From positions 4,362-68,361 of the IMG/VR virus record IMGVR_UViG_3300037086_000398: a stretch of DNA of 64,000 nt; one strand, written 5' to 3'. The notes beneath the pieces were generated by a model. The model was not told the origin of the DNA and searched no databases. It saw only the letters and a list, made by a program, of their open reading frames with translations. Numbering within the stretch: position 1 is the first letter of the stretch; every line of letters starts with the position of its first letter. Both the position numbers and the translations under genes were made by a program. Positions 44,660 through 54,074 of this stretch are shown here, one piece after another. Source of the stretch: a virus.

Positions 44660-44959
44660 ATGAAGATGGATGATGCTATGAAGGACAAGAAATCGATCTA
44701 CAAAGGTCAAGATCTTTCTGATAAACCAAAATCTGTGACTCATGCTCTCGCACCCTTAGTGGGTGAAATGGCGAAAATGACATTTGATGAGCTCAAACAG
44801 AAGTTCATTGATATCCTCAATTCCAAAGATGTTTCTGTAAGCAAAGAAAAGAAGCAGGGGTATTTTAATGACCTTGCAAAACAGAAAAATCTAGTTCAAC
44901 TCCAGAAGTTTATTTCCGGTATTGTTCTCAAAGGGAGCGGTGAAGGCGTCATAAAATAG
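44660..44959 (+). CDS. hypothetical protein
   Basis: 99-aa ORF with RBS 'aggagg'. Confidence 0.3.
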   Translation: MKMDDAMKDKKSIYKGQDLSDKPKSVTHALAPLVGEMAKMTFDELKQKFIDILNSKDVSVSKEKKQGYFNDLAKQKNLVQLQKFISGIVLKGSGEGVIK

Positions 44960-45244
44960 ATGATCAAGTGCCCTCAATGTGGCAATCATCTCAGATCTAT
45001 CAACTCTCAATGCAACCATTCCGGTTGTCAATATAATCATGAACAAGAACGCATTATCAAAATTCATAATCATGCCTTGGTAGCCAAAAATCTCCTTGAA
45101 AATAAAACGTGTGACGTCTGTATAGAATGCAGTGATAATGGTTGGGATGGGGCCATTTGTGGCGACAAAAACCAACTCTTTCCAAAAGAAAATACATGTG
45201 AAGATTGGAAGTTAAATCCGGAGCTTATAGATGACAATACATGA
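44960..45244 (+). CDS. zinc-ribbon + SCR-family domain fusion protein
   Basis: N-terminal 'CPQCGNH...CNHSGC' zinc ribbon followed by 'VAKNLLENKTCDVCIEC..C...NTCEDW'. Confidence 0.55.
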   Translation: MIKCPQCGNHLRSINSQCNHSGCQYNHEQERIIKIHNHALVAKNLLENKTCDVCIECSDNGWDGAICGDKNQLFPKENTCEDWKLNPELIDDNT

Positions 45245-45280
45245 AACAGATTGAAAATTCTCTTTCAAAGGTAAACAAAC

Positions 45281-45529
45281 ATGGGTGATACAATAACAGA
45301 CGAGATTTGCCACTCTTGTCACAAAAAGGTGTGGGTAAATTTAGGCAATTTTGAAGATTGTAGCGTCCAAGATTACGAAGGGTTTATTTGTCCCTATTGT
45401 GAGTGTGAGAACCATTTTGAAGGTATGGATGAAATGCACCAAGATATGGGTGATGATCCGGATGATTTCAATCTTACAAAAGGGTGGAAGACACCAAACG
45501 AAGCAGCTAGAATCGTTTTAGATTATTGA
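45281..45529 (+). CDS. Cys-rich small protein
   Basis: 'CHSCHKK...CPYCEC' zinc-ribbon-like. Confidence 0.35.
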   Translation: MGDTITDEICHSCHKKVWVNLGNFEDCSVQDYEGFICPYCECENHFEGMDEMHQDMGDDPDDFNLTKGWKTPNEAARIVLDY

Positions 45530-45990
45530 ATCCAATCTAATAAATTGAGCAAATATTCAGTATACTCTGTAATGAAATTCTTAATCTTAGTATCACCTTC
45601 AAAAATAGCCTTCAACCAAGCTCTTGGAGCTTTTCGATACTCATCTTTAGGATAGAAACCACTAATCATGTAATATGTTTCGACATGATAGTAGAGAATT
45701 CTAAAAACAGTGGCCAAATCACGATAGTCTTCAATGGTATCCCAGGACCACGTGTCGGGTTCAAGCTCTATCATATCGATAGATATTGGTTCTAATTGGC
45801 CTTCATCATAAAACATGAGATTTCTTTTGAGTCCTTTGAATTTGACCCAATCATCACCTCGAGCAGTATATTTTTCAGGTTCTAAGCACTCTACTGCGAT
45901 CATCCCATTGCCATATCTTTCTTTTGCAAAGACGTATTTCATATTCGTTATCTTTCTTAGTCCAGGTAAGATAATCTTATATGGCCACAA
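45523..45990 (-). CDS. hypothetical protein (minus strand)
   Basis: 155-aa ORF with no competing + ORF. Confidence 0.4.
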   Translation of the reverse strand: MWPYKIILPGLRKITNMKYVFAKERYGNGMIAVECLEPEKYTARGDDWVKFKGLKRNLMFYDEGQLEPISIDMIELEPDTWSWDTIEDYRDLATVFRILYYHVETYYMISGFYPKDEYRKAPRAWLKAIFEGDTKIKNFITEYTEYLLNLLDWIQ

Positions 45991-46259
45991 AGTATAAAGT
46001 TGGAGACATTATCTATTGGCAGAATCTGTCCTCGAATCATGCTTCTCTAGAAAAGATTATTGGAGTTGATGGAGATGGAGATTTTGGTGAATATGAATCA
46101 CTTTTCTTGATTAGCAACATTGGACAGGAAGGTGGAACACATTTTCCAGATTTGGGATCTCAGTGGGAAAGCGAGATCTTTTCAATCAGAAACAAAGACA
46201 TGTTTTTTCTTCACAAGGATCTGATCCAGTTTGTATTTACAAAAAAGCTTGTTTATTGA
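45981..46259 (+). CDS. hypothetical protein
   Basis: 92-aa ORF. Confidence 0.3.
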   Translation: MATKYKVGDIIYWQNLSSNHASLEKIIGVDGDGDFGEYESLFLISNIGQEGGTHFPDLGSQWESEIFSIRNKDMFFLHKDLIQFVFTKKLVY

Positions 46260-46664
46260 TTATTTCTTCTTGAAAACAATGTCCATATTGACATAGGCAT
46301 TGGCACCCTGCATCCCTTGTTCGGACCAATCGAGTGTAGCTAATCCAGCAGCTAATTGATTGATGCTCTTTTCAAATGTGTCGTCTGTATAGATGAATCC
46401 ATATTTCGCTTCTCTATACCCCTTCAAATAGATATTGACATTGCTTGGAACATGTTCTTCTTCGTCTTTATATGGAAACGTCACTTTTGTTATCTCGTAA
46501 GAGACAACCTGATCGTTTGTGCCCCAACAACCGTTCCCGTTCTTTCCAAAGGCTTGGACAATTTTACCAGGCATTCTGAAAGTGAATAAAAGGTAGTTGC
46601 AGAATTGAAGCGATAGCTTAGCGTTTGGATCGAAAAGTTTTCTGATTATGGTTCTTGGCTGCAT
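46260..46664 (-). CDS. hypothetical protein (minus strand)
   Basis: 134-aa ORF. Confidence 0.4.
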   Translation of the reverse strand: MQPRTIIRKLFDPNAKLSLQFCNYLLFTFRMPGKIVQAFGKNGNGCWGTNDQVVSYEITKVTFPYKDEEEHVPSNVNIYLKGYREAKYGFIYTDDTFEKSINQLAAGLATLDWSEQGMQGANAYVNMDIVFKKK

Positions 46665-46884
46665 ATAACCTTATCTTAGCATATTTCATTGTGTCATGAT
46701 ACAATACCGTGGAATAGGTTCTGGTTTCGACTACGCTTTTCATCTCATTCCAAGTATATCTATTGCCATCAGATATGATTGGGAACAGGGAGATGTGAGG
46801 CTTGTGGAATCAAGACATTTTGTCATCAATCTCGATTGGCTCATTTTCTCATGTCACATTGAACTTGGTGGTGAAAGGTAGATT

Positions 46885-47163
46885 ATGCAGTGCCCTCTTT
46901 GTGAAAGAATTGGTGATGATAGTATGTTCGAATGGCATCACTTCGAACCAATCGCTTCTAGAAGAAAAAATGATGAAAAGATTAAGTTATGCCGGCAATG
47001 TGGGGACCAAATCCATCTGCTCTTCGATAATACAGAGTTGAGAGTTCTTTATCAGAATCTCGATTCGTTGAAGAGCAGTGATAAAATGCAGAAATACACT
47101 AAGTGGATAAAGAACAAGCCACTCGAAAGCCACTTCACCACACAAGAAAAGAAGAGAAAATAG
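46885..47163 (+). CDS. HNH endonuclease (small homing-type)
   Basis: 'CPLCERIGDDSMFEWHHFEPIASRRKNDEKIKLCRQCGDQIH' gives the HNH layout C..C...E.HH..P......ND...LC..CH. Confidence 0.6.
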   Translation: MQCPLCERIGDDSMFEWHHFEPIASRRKNDEKIKLCRQCGDQIHLLFDNTELRVLYQNLDSLKSSDKMQKYTKWIKNKPLESHFTTQEKKRK

Positions 47164-47165
47164 AC

Positions 47166-47690
47166 TCAGTCATCTATATTCTCCAAAAGAGCTTTGGCAT
47201 AAGTAGCTTCAGTGAGGTAGACAGGATAAAAAGATCCCACGAACGATGGATAGTAGTCTCCAATATTTTCAGTTCCGAATTCGACCACTACCTTTGAAAT
47301 GAGTGGGTTGATCATGAGCAAAACATCAAAGTTTTCGTGTTCGTCGTCGGCCTTCTTTTCACAAACCACTTCAACCGGATCGAACACATTTTTCACTTCA
47401 CCATCAATGAAAATGTCTCCCATAGAGGATCGATAACCATCGTTTGGATCTTCGAAGACGGAGTAGATGATTCCATCGAGAATAAATCTGATGACGTTGG
47501 CTCTGTCAGTTCCAATGCCAAAAGCAGCTGGGACCTGGGCATAGTCGGTCTCAACACCAGTAAGAATATGGGTTCCAAGTAAATCATCAATTTTAACAGT
47601 CTTAATGTTGTCCATAACATATAAATTATGCATATTTGATTCAAATGAAACATATCTTCTATCACCGCAGTGACAATGATGGTAAGACAT
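47166..47690 (-). CDS. hypothetical protein (minus strand)
   Basis: 174-aa ORF. Confidence 0.4.
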   Translation of the reverse strand: MSYHHCHCGDRRYVSFESNMHNLYVMDNIKTVKIDDLLGTHILTGVETDYAQVPAAFGIGTDRANVIRFILDGIIYSVFEDPNDGYRSSMGDIFIDGEVKNVFDPVEVVCEKKADDEHENFDVLLMINPLISKVVVEFGTENIGDYYPSFVGSFYPVYLTEATYAKALLENIDD

Positions 47691-48544
47691 CTGGAGCCAT
47701 TATTAAATACGCCAATCCAGACAGCGTTCTGCACCCATATGAATACAACGACCCATTCCCATATGATCTCATCAAAGATGAAGATGAAATCATTTTTACA
47801 GATGCTGTTGCTCCATATCCTGAGCTTCTGAAAATCATCGACAAATATCATACCACTATTATTGATCATCACATCTCACTCATCAACTTTTTGAAAGATC
47901 ACCAACTCGATCCAGATGGTTATCGTAGAAATGATTATGTGGCAGCTTGTGAGCTTTGTTGGGAGTATTATTTCAAGACGAAGTTGCTCCCACAATCAAT
48001 CAAACTCATTTCAACTTATGATTGCTGGGACAATCGCAATAAAGAAAATTGGGACAACGTTGTTCTTCCTTTCCAATATGGATTGAGAAGATTCGGTATG
48101 GATCCTCTGAGCAATTGGCCATTTTGGCAGAATCTGCTCGACAAGATTGTAAATAATCCATCTGCAGATTTGGATTTTGTAGAAGAAAACATTTCTGCTG
48201 GTAAATCGATTTTGATCTATCAAACAAATGTCGCTGCAGAGATCATGCACACAAACTTTTTCGACGCTCAATTTGAAGGACTTCGCGCCCTTTGTTGCAA
48301 CACAAACATCAAGAACAATCAATTTTTTGCATCAAAGTGGGATGAGAGCAAATATGAATTGATGGTGGGATTTGATATCAGATCTGATCAGGCAATAAGA
48401 GTAAGTCTTTATACCACTAGAAATGATGTTGATGTCAGTAGGGTGGCTGGAAGATTTGGTGGCGGGGGTCACAAACAAGCTTCTGGATTTTTGGCAAAAA
48501 CATATCGCATCTTTAATGGTCAATTATTTTTTGTACATTTCTAG
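47636..48544 (+). CDS. DHH/DHHA1 family phosphoesterase (NrnA/RecJ-like)
   Basis: Motifs 'YHRSDNDGKTSGAII', 'IIDHH' and C-terminal 'GGGHKQASGF' (the DHHA1 GGGH motif). Confidence 0.65.
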   Translation: MIQMKHIFYHRSDNDGKTSGAIIKYANPDSVLHPYEYNDPFPYDLIKDEDEIIFTDAVAPYPELLKIIDKYHTTIIDHHISLINFLKDHQLDPDGYRRNDYVAACELCWEYYFKTKLLPQSIKLISTYDCWDNRNKENWDNVVLPFQYGLRRFGMDPLSNWPFWQNLLDKIVNNPSADLDFVEENISAGKSILIYQTNVAAEIMHTNFFDAQFEGLRALCCNTNIKNNQFFASKWDESKYELMVGFDIRSDQAIRVSLYTTRNDVDVSRVAGRFGGGGHKQASGFLAKTYRIFNGQLFFVHF

Positions 48545-48636
48545 AATCTTGCATATATTCTTACATACAACAACATAGAAAATACCAATACACATCCGTT
48601 CGCGAATAACGTGAAATGGAAAAAGGAGTAAATAAA

Positions 48637-49398
48637 ATGGCAGACAAGAATCTTTTGCATCAGCTTTTGGCTGTGAAGGCGGACCTTGAGAAAAAAGGTG
48701 AGTTGATTCTCGCAGAATCTATCACGACTTTCACCAAGAAGGCCGAACATTTCGATGGAGTGATGAAGGTATACGAGCCTAAGGAAGAGGCCGGAGAGCA
48801 GATTCCTCCAGAGACCAAGGAAATCGTGACCACAGTTTCCGATAAGATCAACTATACCAAAGAATCGGTTGTGAAGGCAATCGATGCTCGCATCAGTATG
48901 GAAGAGACCAACGCGTCCGGTTCCGTCAATGCAGAGCTGAAGGTTGGAGACAAGAGCTTCGGCACTTTCTCTGCCATTTCTCTCTTGGCGCTCGAAGAGT
49001 GGCTCGGCAAGGTCCGCGCGCTCTACAAAGACATTCCAACCCTTGATCCTACCAAGCATTGGGACTTGGATGCCTCTGCAGGAGCGAATCGTTACAAGAC
49101 TCCTGAAGAAATCAAGTTCCGCTCGATCAAGAAGAACGTGCCTATCACGTTGGCACCAGCCACAGACAAACACCCTGCGCAGGTTCAGCTTGCTCAGGAT
49201 GAGTTCCAAGTTGGTCAGTATAAGACGACCTATGCTTCTGGACGCATTTCCCCTTCTCAGAAGAGTGATTTGCTCCAGCGCATTGATGATTTGATTTTGG
49301 CTGTCAAGCAGGCGAAGGCAAAGGCCAATACTGCTGAGGTCAATCAGATCAAGGTTGGAGAGAGCATCTTCGACTTTGTCAATTCCGGTATTCTGTAA
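48637..49398 (+). CDS. hypothetical protein (GC-richer gene)
   Basis: RBS 'aaggag' before the ATG at 48637; ~48% GC. The long antisense ORF 48541-49485 is judged an artefact. Confidence 0.45.
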   Translation: MADKNLLHQLLAVKADLEKKGELILAESITTFTKKAEHFDGVMKVYEPKEEAGEQIPPETKEIVTTVSDKINYTKESVVKAIDARISMEETNASGSVNAELKVGDKSFGTFSAISLLALEEWLGKVRALYKDIPTLDPTKHWDLDASAGANRYKTPEEIKFRSIKKNVPITLAPATDKHPAQVQLAQDEFQVGQYKTTYASGRISPSQKSDLLQRIDDLILAVKQAKAKANTAEVNQIKVGESIFDFVNSGIL

Positions 49399-49406
49399 GC
49401 AATCAG

Positions 49407-49434
49407 GCGGCCTCACCGCACGCCGCCTTTTTGA
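49407..49434 (+). terminator. rho-independent terminator
   Basis: 'ggcggc-ctcaccgcac-gccgcc' followed by TTTTT. Confidence 0.65.
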
Positions 49435-49577
49435 AAAATGAGGTAGATTCAGAGTCAGATTTAGAGTCAGCGGAAAGGATAGCAACCCCCGGTTTCACGA
49501 TTCAGATTTTTGCCTCACCAGACTTACAAGTCTTTGAACGCGTTAGGATTTAGCGACTTTTGCAAACCTAACCCTAT

Positions 49578-49604
49578 GCGTTGGTTCGAATCCAACCCGA
49601 GCCT
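49578..49604 (+). tRNA. tRNA 3'-half-like element (T-arm + 3' acceptor strand)
   Basis: 'GTTGG-TTCGAAT-CCAAC' is a canonical T-arm. The following 'CCGAGCC' has no complementary 5' strand upstream, and no anticodon arm could be folded immediately 5' of it. Confidence 0.4.
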
Positions 49605-49633
49605 CTGAGCATTTTCCAAAGAGAGTGCTTTGT

Positions 49634-49658
49634 GGCTTGGTAGCTCAGTGGCAGAGCA
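49634..49658 (+). tRNA. tRNA 5'-half-like element (acceptor 5' strand + D-arm)
   Basis: 'GGCTTGG-TA-GCTC-AGTGGCA-GAGC-A' has a canonical D-arm. 'GGCTTGG' is complementary to the upstream 'CCGAGCC' with six Watson-Crick pairs and one G-U pair. No canonical anticodon arm follows directly. Confidence 0.4.
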
Positions 49659-49720
49659 AGGGGATAAGACTTAGGGCAAAAGGGCGACAATGGGTCCTAA
49701 TTCAGACAGAGCAACATATC

Positions 49721-49739
49721 GATTGTCTTGAAAACAATC
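49721..49739 (+). other. anticodon-arm-like hairpin with a UGA-type 7-nt loop
   Basis: 'gATTGT-CTTGAAA-ACAATc' has a 5-6 bp stem and a loop with T33 and A37 around TGA. No T-arm follows. Confidence 0.25.
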
Positions 49740-49801
49740 ACAAAAGCTTTGGGGTCCAACTAGGATAGCGTTGGGCCCCTTTTTTTGGGCCCAAGTTGGC
49801 A

Positions 49802-50137
49802 CTAGGAGGGATCTTTGTAGTATTTGCCTAAAACGTAGATGTAGCCATCCTTTAGAAGGGCTGATGGGGGTGGAAACTTATGACCATCTTTGTAATAGAT
49901 GAAATCTGAGAAAGATCCATCAGGATGCCACCACTTTTCTTCACCTTCTTCCTTTCCATTTATCATGACACCGTGAAACATTAATTGACCATTTGGCCAC
50001 CATTCCATATTTTCTCCATCATGACGGCCTTCCCCGAACCACACTTTGACATGATGTTTGCCCTTGCCCAAATAGAGAAAAACATTCTTTACCATCTGAC
50101 GACGATCTTTCATAAAATTATCTTGCAACCCTGGCAT
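49802..50137 (-). CDS. MORN/YwqK-like repeat protein (minus strand)
   Basis: Repeats 'G.W..WWPNGQL.FHG...NGKEEGEEKWWHPDGS'. Confidence 0.45.
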   Translation of the reverse strand: MPGLQDNFMKDRRQMVKNVFLYLGKGKHHVKVWFGEGRHDGENMEWWPNGQLMFHGVMINGKEEGEEKWWHPDGSFSDFIYYKDGHKFPPPSALLKDGYIYVLGKYYKDPS

Positions 50138-50148
50138 ATTTCTATCTG

Positions 50149-50334
50149 ATGGATTCAGTCAAAGAAGCTAAAAAACTATTATTGGAAGATTCTCACTCAT
50201 GTGACAACTGTGGACATCGCAATGGATACGCCTGTATGACTGTGATTGGAAACACTGTTGATGATGAACCTCTTCCTTCATCCAATATCTGTGGACGATG
50301 GATACAAGATGGACGTTGTGGGAGAAGAGGATGA
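50149..50334 (+). CDS. SCR-family small Cys4 protein
   Basis: 'EAKKLLLEDSHSCDNC..C...ICGRW'. Confidence 0.55.
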   Translation: MDSVKEAKKLLLEDSHSCDNCGHRNGYACMTVIGNTVDDEPLPSSNICGRWIQDGRCGRRG

Positions 50335-50597
50335 ATCCAATCCCAACAACCACCTATTGGATAGGACAAGAAGATATGCCACTATCCGAAGATCAAAAAG
50401 CCAAACTACTACTCTCTGGAAACTCTTGTGATAATTGTTATTTTGGTGGAAAAAGTGGTGGGTGTGGTTCAACAAAAAGAAAAGAACACTATGAAGTTCT
50501 TTCCAGTATGAAAAATAATGGACTTGTAATCAAATATCATAATTTGCCGCGAGCTGCGGATTTTATTTGTGGATGGTGGGAGGCAAATGATAAATAA
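50298..50597 (+). CDS. SCR-family small Cys4 protein
   Basis: 'KAKLLLSGNSCDNC..C...FICGWW'; likely start at the internal Met at 50376. Confidence 0.55.
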   Translation: MDTRWTLWEKRMNPIPTTTYWIGQEDMPLSEDQKAKLLLSGNSCDNCYFGGKSGGCGSTKRKEHYEVLSSMKNNGLVIKYHNLPRAADFICGWWEANDK

Positions 50598-50614
50598 AAT
50601 TCAGGAGAAAAAAA

Positions 50615-50872
50615 ATGAAGTATCGAAAAAAACCGGTCGTGATCGATGCCATTCTTTGGAATGGTGACAATTTGGATGAAATGAAGTCGTTGGGTGGAAG
50701 TAGAGAACTTAGAATTGGACCAAAGAAAAGCATCTTCATCCATACAATGGAAGGCATAATGGAGGGAAATGTTGGAGATTTTATCATCAAGGGTGTTAAG
50801 GGAGAACTTTATCCCTGTAAGCCCGATATTTTTGATGAAACATATGAGAAAGTAAATGATGGAATTACATAA
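50615..50872 (+). CDS. hypothetical protein
   Basis: 85-aa ORF; RBS 'aggag' upstream. Confidence 0.35.
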   Translation: MKYRKKPVVIDAILWNGDNLDEMKSLGGSRELRIGPKKSIFIHTMEGIMEGNVGDFIIKGVKGELYPCKPDIFDETYEKVNDGIT

Positions 50873-51182
50873 CACGCTCACCATTGGCCTTCATGCTCTA
50901 GAGCCCGTTTTCAACAAGATAGGCAATCTTAAATATGAGACCTATTGCTATGAGACAGTTCATGACCAGAGCATTTGGTTTAGTCTCACCTTCAAGCCAA
51001 ACATCACAGTCCATATCGAAGTATATGTAGATGATCCAGACCATATCGGTGAAAGGATCTTCTACACTCTCTATGAAGACAAGGTGATGTTGTCAAATGG
51101 TATGGGTGAGTTGGATGCGGTTATCACAGACATCAAAGATTCTCTGGAACATTTCACACTGTTGAGAACCGAAAGGAAGTAG
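50856..51182 (+). CDS. hypothetical protein
   Basis: 108-aa ORF. Confidence 0.35.
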   Translation: MMELHNTLTIGLHALEPVFNKIGNLKYETYCYETVHDQSIWFSLTFKPNITVHIEVYVDDPDHIGERIFYTLYEDKVMLSNGMGELDAVITDIKDSLEHFTLLRTERK

Positions 51183-51183
51183 C

Positions 51184-51510
51184 ATGGGAAAATATAGAAA
51201 AATGAGGGATAAACTCAACAAGTTGCTTGATAAGCAATTCAGTTTCATCAGCCGTAAAGACACGAGTTATTTCTTTATGGGAGTTCAAGCAATGAAGGAC
51301 GAACTTCAGGCTATCTTGAACGATTGGCCTGAAAAGATTGTTGAAGAAGACATGGATAAGAGTTTTGTGCATGAGAGACCAAGACCTAAGGGAAATCCAC
51401 CTATTGAAAGAATGATGAATCTTCGAGAAGGTCCTATTAGGAAGGGTGGAATCAACAATCTACCACGCACTCCTAGACCAAAGATTCGCCCAAGACCTCA
51501 AGGTAGATAG
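51184..51510 (+). CDS. hypothetical protein with basic Pro/Arg tail
   Basis: 108-aa ORF. Confidence 0.35.
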   Translation: MGKYRKMRDKLNKLLDKQFSFISRKDTSYFFMGVQAMKDELQAILNDWPEKIVEEDMDKSFVHERPRPKGNPPIERMMNLREGPIRKGGINNLPRTPRPKIRPRPQGR

Positions 51511-51548
51511 CATATATCTTTTTAGAAGAAAGAGAGGTAAGATGAACG

Positions 51549-52394
51549 ATGGCACCCAAAATTGATCTACTTATCATAGACCCACAGTTGGACTTTTGTA
51601 GCCCTACTGGTGCGCTCTCGGTGGTTGGAGCAGATGCAGATTGTGATCGTCTAGCGGCGATGATTGCTCGAGTTTCTGACCGCTTGAACGATATTCACGT
51701 CACGTTAGACACGCACCACTGGTTCGACATCGCCCATCCGTCTTTCTGGATCAGTGGAAAAGACAACAAATCCCATCCTGCACCCTTCACACTCATCACG
51801 GAAGATGATGTGAAGAATGGTGTCTGGAAGACGACGGTTCCAGCCTACCAGAACCGCCGCACCATGAAGGCCCATGGAATGGACCGTGATGGAGCTGAGG
51901 AATATGTCCACCAACTCACAGTCAACAACCGCTACGTTCTTTGCATCTGGCCGCCCCACTGTCTCATCGGAAGTGATGGTGCCAAAGTCATGCCGGTCGT
52001 GTGGAATGCTCTTAACAAATGGGAACAGGATCATGACACCGCATTCGTCGACTACGTCACCAAGGGTTCCAACTACTGGACTGAGCACTATAGTGCCATC
52101 ATGGCTGATGTACCTGATCCAGAGGATCCATCAACTCAGCTCAACACCAAGCTCATTGAAACCCTTCAGGAAGTCGATCTGATTGGTATCTCTGGTGAAG
52201 CCCTCTCACATTGTGTTGCGTCTACTATCACCGACATCGCCAATAATTTTGGTGAAGAGAACATCAAGAAGTTCGTTCTGATCGAAGACACTTCATCAAA
52301 TGTCACAGGGTTCGAGCAGCTTGGCATCGACTTCGTGAAAAACATGAAGGCTCGCGGAATGCAGACTGCCAAGGCCGATGACTTTCTGAGGTAA
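51549..52394 (+). CDS. isochorismatase-family hydrolase, nicotinamidase (PncA)-like
   Basis: 'DLLIIDPQLDFCSPTGALSVVGADA' is the isochorismatase/nicotinamidase N-terminal motif; a candidate catalytic Cys lies in '...ISGEALSHCVAST'. GC is roughly 49%. Confidence 0.6.
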   Translation: MAPKIDLLIIDPQLDFCSPTGALSVVGADADCDRLAAMIARVSDRLNDIHVTLDTHHWFDIAHPSFWISGKDNKSHPAPFTLITEDDVKNGVWKTTVPAYQNRRTMKAHGMDRDGAEEYVHQLTVNNRYVLCIWPPHCLIGSDGAKVMPVVWNALNKWEQDHDTAFVDYVTKGSNYWTEHYSAIMADVPDPEDPSTQLNTKLIETLQEVDLIGISGEALSHCVASTITDIANNFGEENIKKFVLIEDTSSNVTGFEQLGIDFVKNMKARGMQTAKADDFLR

Positions 52395-52405
52395 GGAGAA
52401 GAAGG

Positions 52406-53140
52406 ATGCCTATAATCAAAGAAGACCAGATCATGAAGGTGCCGGGAAGTGCATTCTCATTTTCGGCAATCAAGCCCGAACATCTTGAAGCAACAGAATA
52501 CACGTTGGTCACAGTGGTTATTGACGAGTCTGGAAGCATTAGTGGTTTCAAGGATGATCTTCTGAAAATGTTGAAGGAAGTCGTGAAAGCATGTCAAAAG
52601 AATCCAAGATCTGAAAACCTCATGCTCCGCCTCGTAACCTTCAACACAAGTCTCACTGAACAGCATGGATTCAAGTTGCTTGCAGACATTGACCCCAGTC
52701 AATATGCTGAATTCAATCCAGGCGGAGGAACAGCACTCTTTGATTCCACATTCGAAGCCATCGGCGCTACGGCGACCTATTCACAAAGCCTCACTGCAAG
52801 TGATTTCACAGTTAATGGGGCAGTTTATATCATCACTGATGGTGAAGACAATGCTTCTAAGTTTTCGGCCATGATGGTGAAAACTGCGGTTGATAAGACA
52901 AAGAATGCAGAAGTTATTGAAAGCCTCATCACCGTGCTCATCGGTCTCAACACCAATCAGTGTGGAGTATCTTTGAAGAGATACAAGGATGATGCTGATC
53001 TTACTCAATATATCGACATGGGCGACGTCACTCCAGGTAAGTTGGCGAAACTTGCAGGATTCATCAGCAAGAGTGTTTCAAGTCAGTCCCAGTCTCTTGG
53101 ATCTGGTGGGCCTTCTGCTCCAGTCGATCTTACCATCTAA
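52406..53140 (+). CDS. vWA-domain protein, TerY-like
   Basis: MIDAS 'VVIDESGSISGF' with '...GGGTALFDST...YIITDGEDN'; a cytoplasmic vWA of about 240 aa, as in TerY. Confidence 0.6.
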   Translation: MPIIKEDQIMKVPGSAFSFSAIKPEHLEATEYTLVTVVIDESGSISGFKDDLLKMLKEVVKACQKNPRSENLMLRLVTFNTSLTEQHGFKLLADIDPSQYAEFNPGGGTALFDSTFEAIGATATYSQSLTASDFTVNGAVYIITDGEDNASKFSAMMVKTAVDKTKNAEVIESLITVLIGLNTNQCGVSLKRYKDDADLTQYIDMGDVTPGKLAKLAGFISKSVSSQSQSLGSGGPSAPVDLTI

Positions 53141-53187
53141 TCAGACCCTCCGCTAAAAAGCGGTTGATGATAGGATCTGATTTTTTC
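53141..53187 (+). terminator. complex hairpin + T-run
   Basis: 'tcaga...ccgctaaaaagcgg...tctga' followed by TTTTTT. Confidence 0.4.
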
Positions 53188-53193
53188 ATATAA

Positions 53194-53219
53194 GGGGGCC
53201 GTCAAAAGCCCCCTTTTTG
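53194..53219 (+). terminator. rho-independent terminator
   Basis: 'gggggc-cgtcaaaa-gccccc' followed by TTTTT. Confidence 0.65.
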
Positions 53220-53364
53220 AAAAGAGGTGAATATGGTAGTGCCAGAAAAAGTTTACGAAACAGCAAAAAAGATGATTCTAATAAGCCGCATTCTTATGAT
53301 AGTTTGCGGCATTGTCATCTTAGGATGCATTGTAATGATTTTCATACCAAAGTAAGGAACGATA

Positions 53365-53835
53365 ATGGGAACTGAAATTGAAAGAAAGTTTCTCGTTAAA
53401 GGAAACTCCTACAGAAATGGAGTCAAGGCCAAGACATATCGTCAAGGCTATTTTTCGACTTCAATGAAGCACACTGTTCGAGTTAGAACTGTCAATATGA
53501 AGGGTTTCATTACTGTTAAGGGCAAGAAAACAGGAATTTCTCGTCTTGAATTTGAATATGAAATTCCATTTGCTGATGCAGAAGTCATGTTGGAATTGCT
53601 TTGTGAAAGACCACTAATTGAAAAGATTCGATATGTGCTTAAGTATAAGGCAATGACTTGGGAAATTGATGAATATTTTGGAGAAAATGCTGGACTTGTT
53701 GTAGCAGAGGTTGAACTCAAAAGTGAGAATCAACAAATTTTGTATCCTCCTTGGATTGGCAAAGAAGTCTCTGATGACAATCGATATGCAAATTCGAATC
53801 TCGTCAGAAATCCATATAGGCTGTGGAAGAAATGA
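53365..53835 (+). CDS. CYTH-domain protein (triphosphate tunnel metalloenzyme, CyaB/ThTPase-like)
   Basis: N-terminal 'EIERKFLV' is the CYTH signature; length about 155 aa. Confidence 0.55.
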   Translation: MGTEIERKFLVKGNSYRNGVKAKTYRQGYFSTSMKHTVRVRTVNMKGFITVKGKKTGISRLEFEYEIPFADAEVMLELLCERPLIEKIRYVLKYKAMTWEIDEYFGENAGLVVAEVELKSENQQILYPPWIGKEVSDDNRYANSNLVRNPYRLWKK

Positions 53836-54074
53836 AGAAACAAATTCAAATGGGTTCTCAAAAAATGTATGAGACTCCACCAGCCGGAGACATGAGATTT
53901 CTCAAGGACCACGATCAGATCTATGTCAACGTAAACGATCTCCTTGCAACAATGCATGGAGCTATTGAGTTGATGGATGTCTTGAATCCTGATGAATCTA
54001 AAATGCTTCACAGCTTCTCAGACATGCTTAGTGGAGTGTTACTCAATGAGGAAGAGGATGGAACAGAAAACTAA
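53823..54074 (+). CDS. hypothetical protein
   Basis: 83-aa ORF. Confidence 0.3.
   Translation: MEEMKKQIQMGSQKMYETPPAGDMRFLKDHDQIYVNVNDLLATMHGAIELMDVLNPDESKMLHSFSDMLSGVLLNEEEDGTEN

Noticed and set aside
48541-49485. 314-aa ORF on the minus strand
   Set aside because: It fully overlaps the + strand ORF 48637-49398, which has an RBS (aaggag) and a downstream terminator. The minus frame is Leu/Arg-rich and low-complexity and looks like an antisense artefact of a GC-richer gene.
49441-49800. tmRNA (ssrA) gene
   Set aside because: I found no tag-peptide reading frame ending in an A-rich degron with a stop, and no tmRNA-like 5' end (GGGG...). The 5'-half-like element has a full canonical tRNA D-arm, which tmRNA lacks. 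Two-piece tmRNA remains a remote alternative and is noted in the findings.
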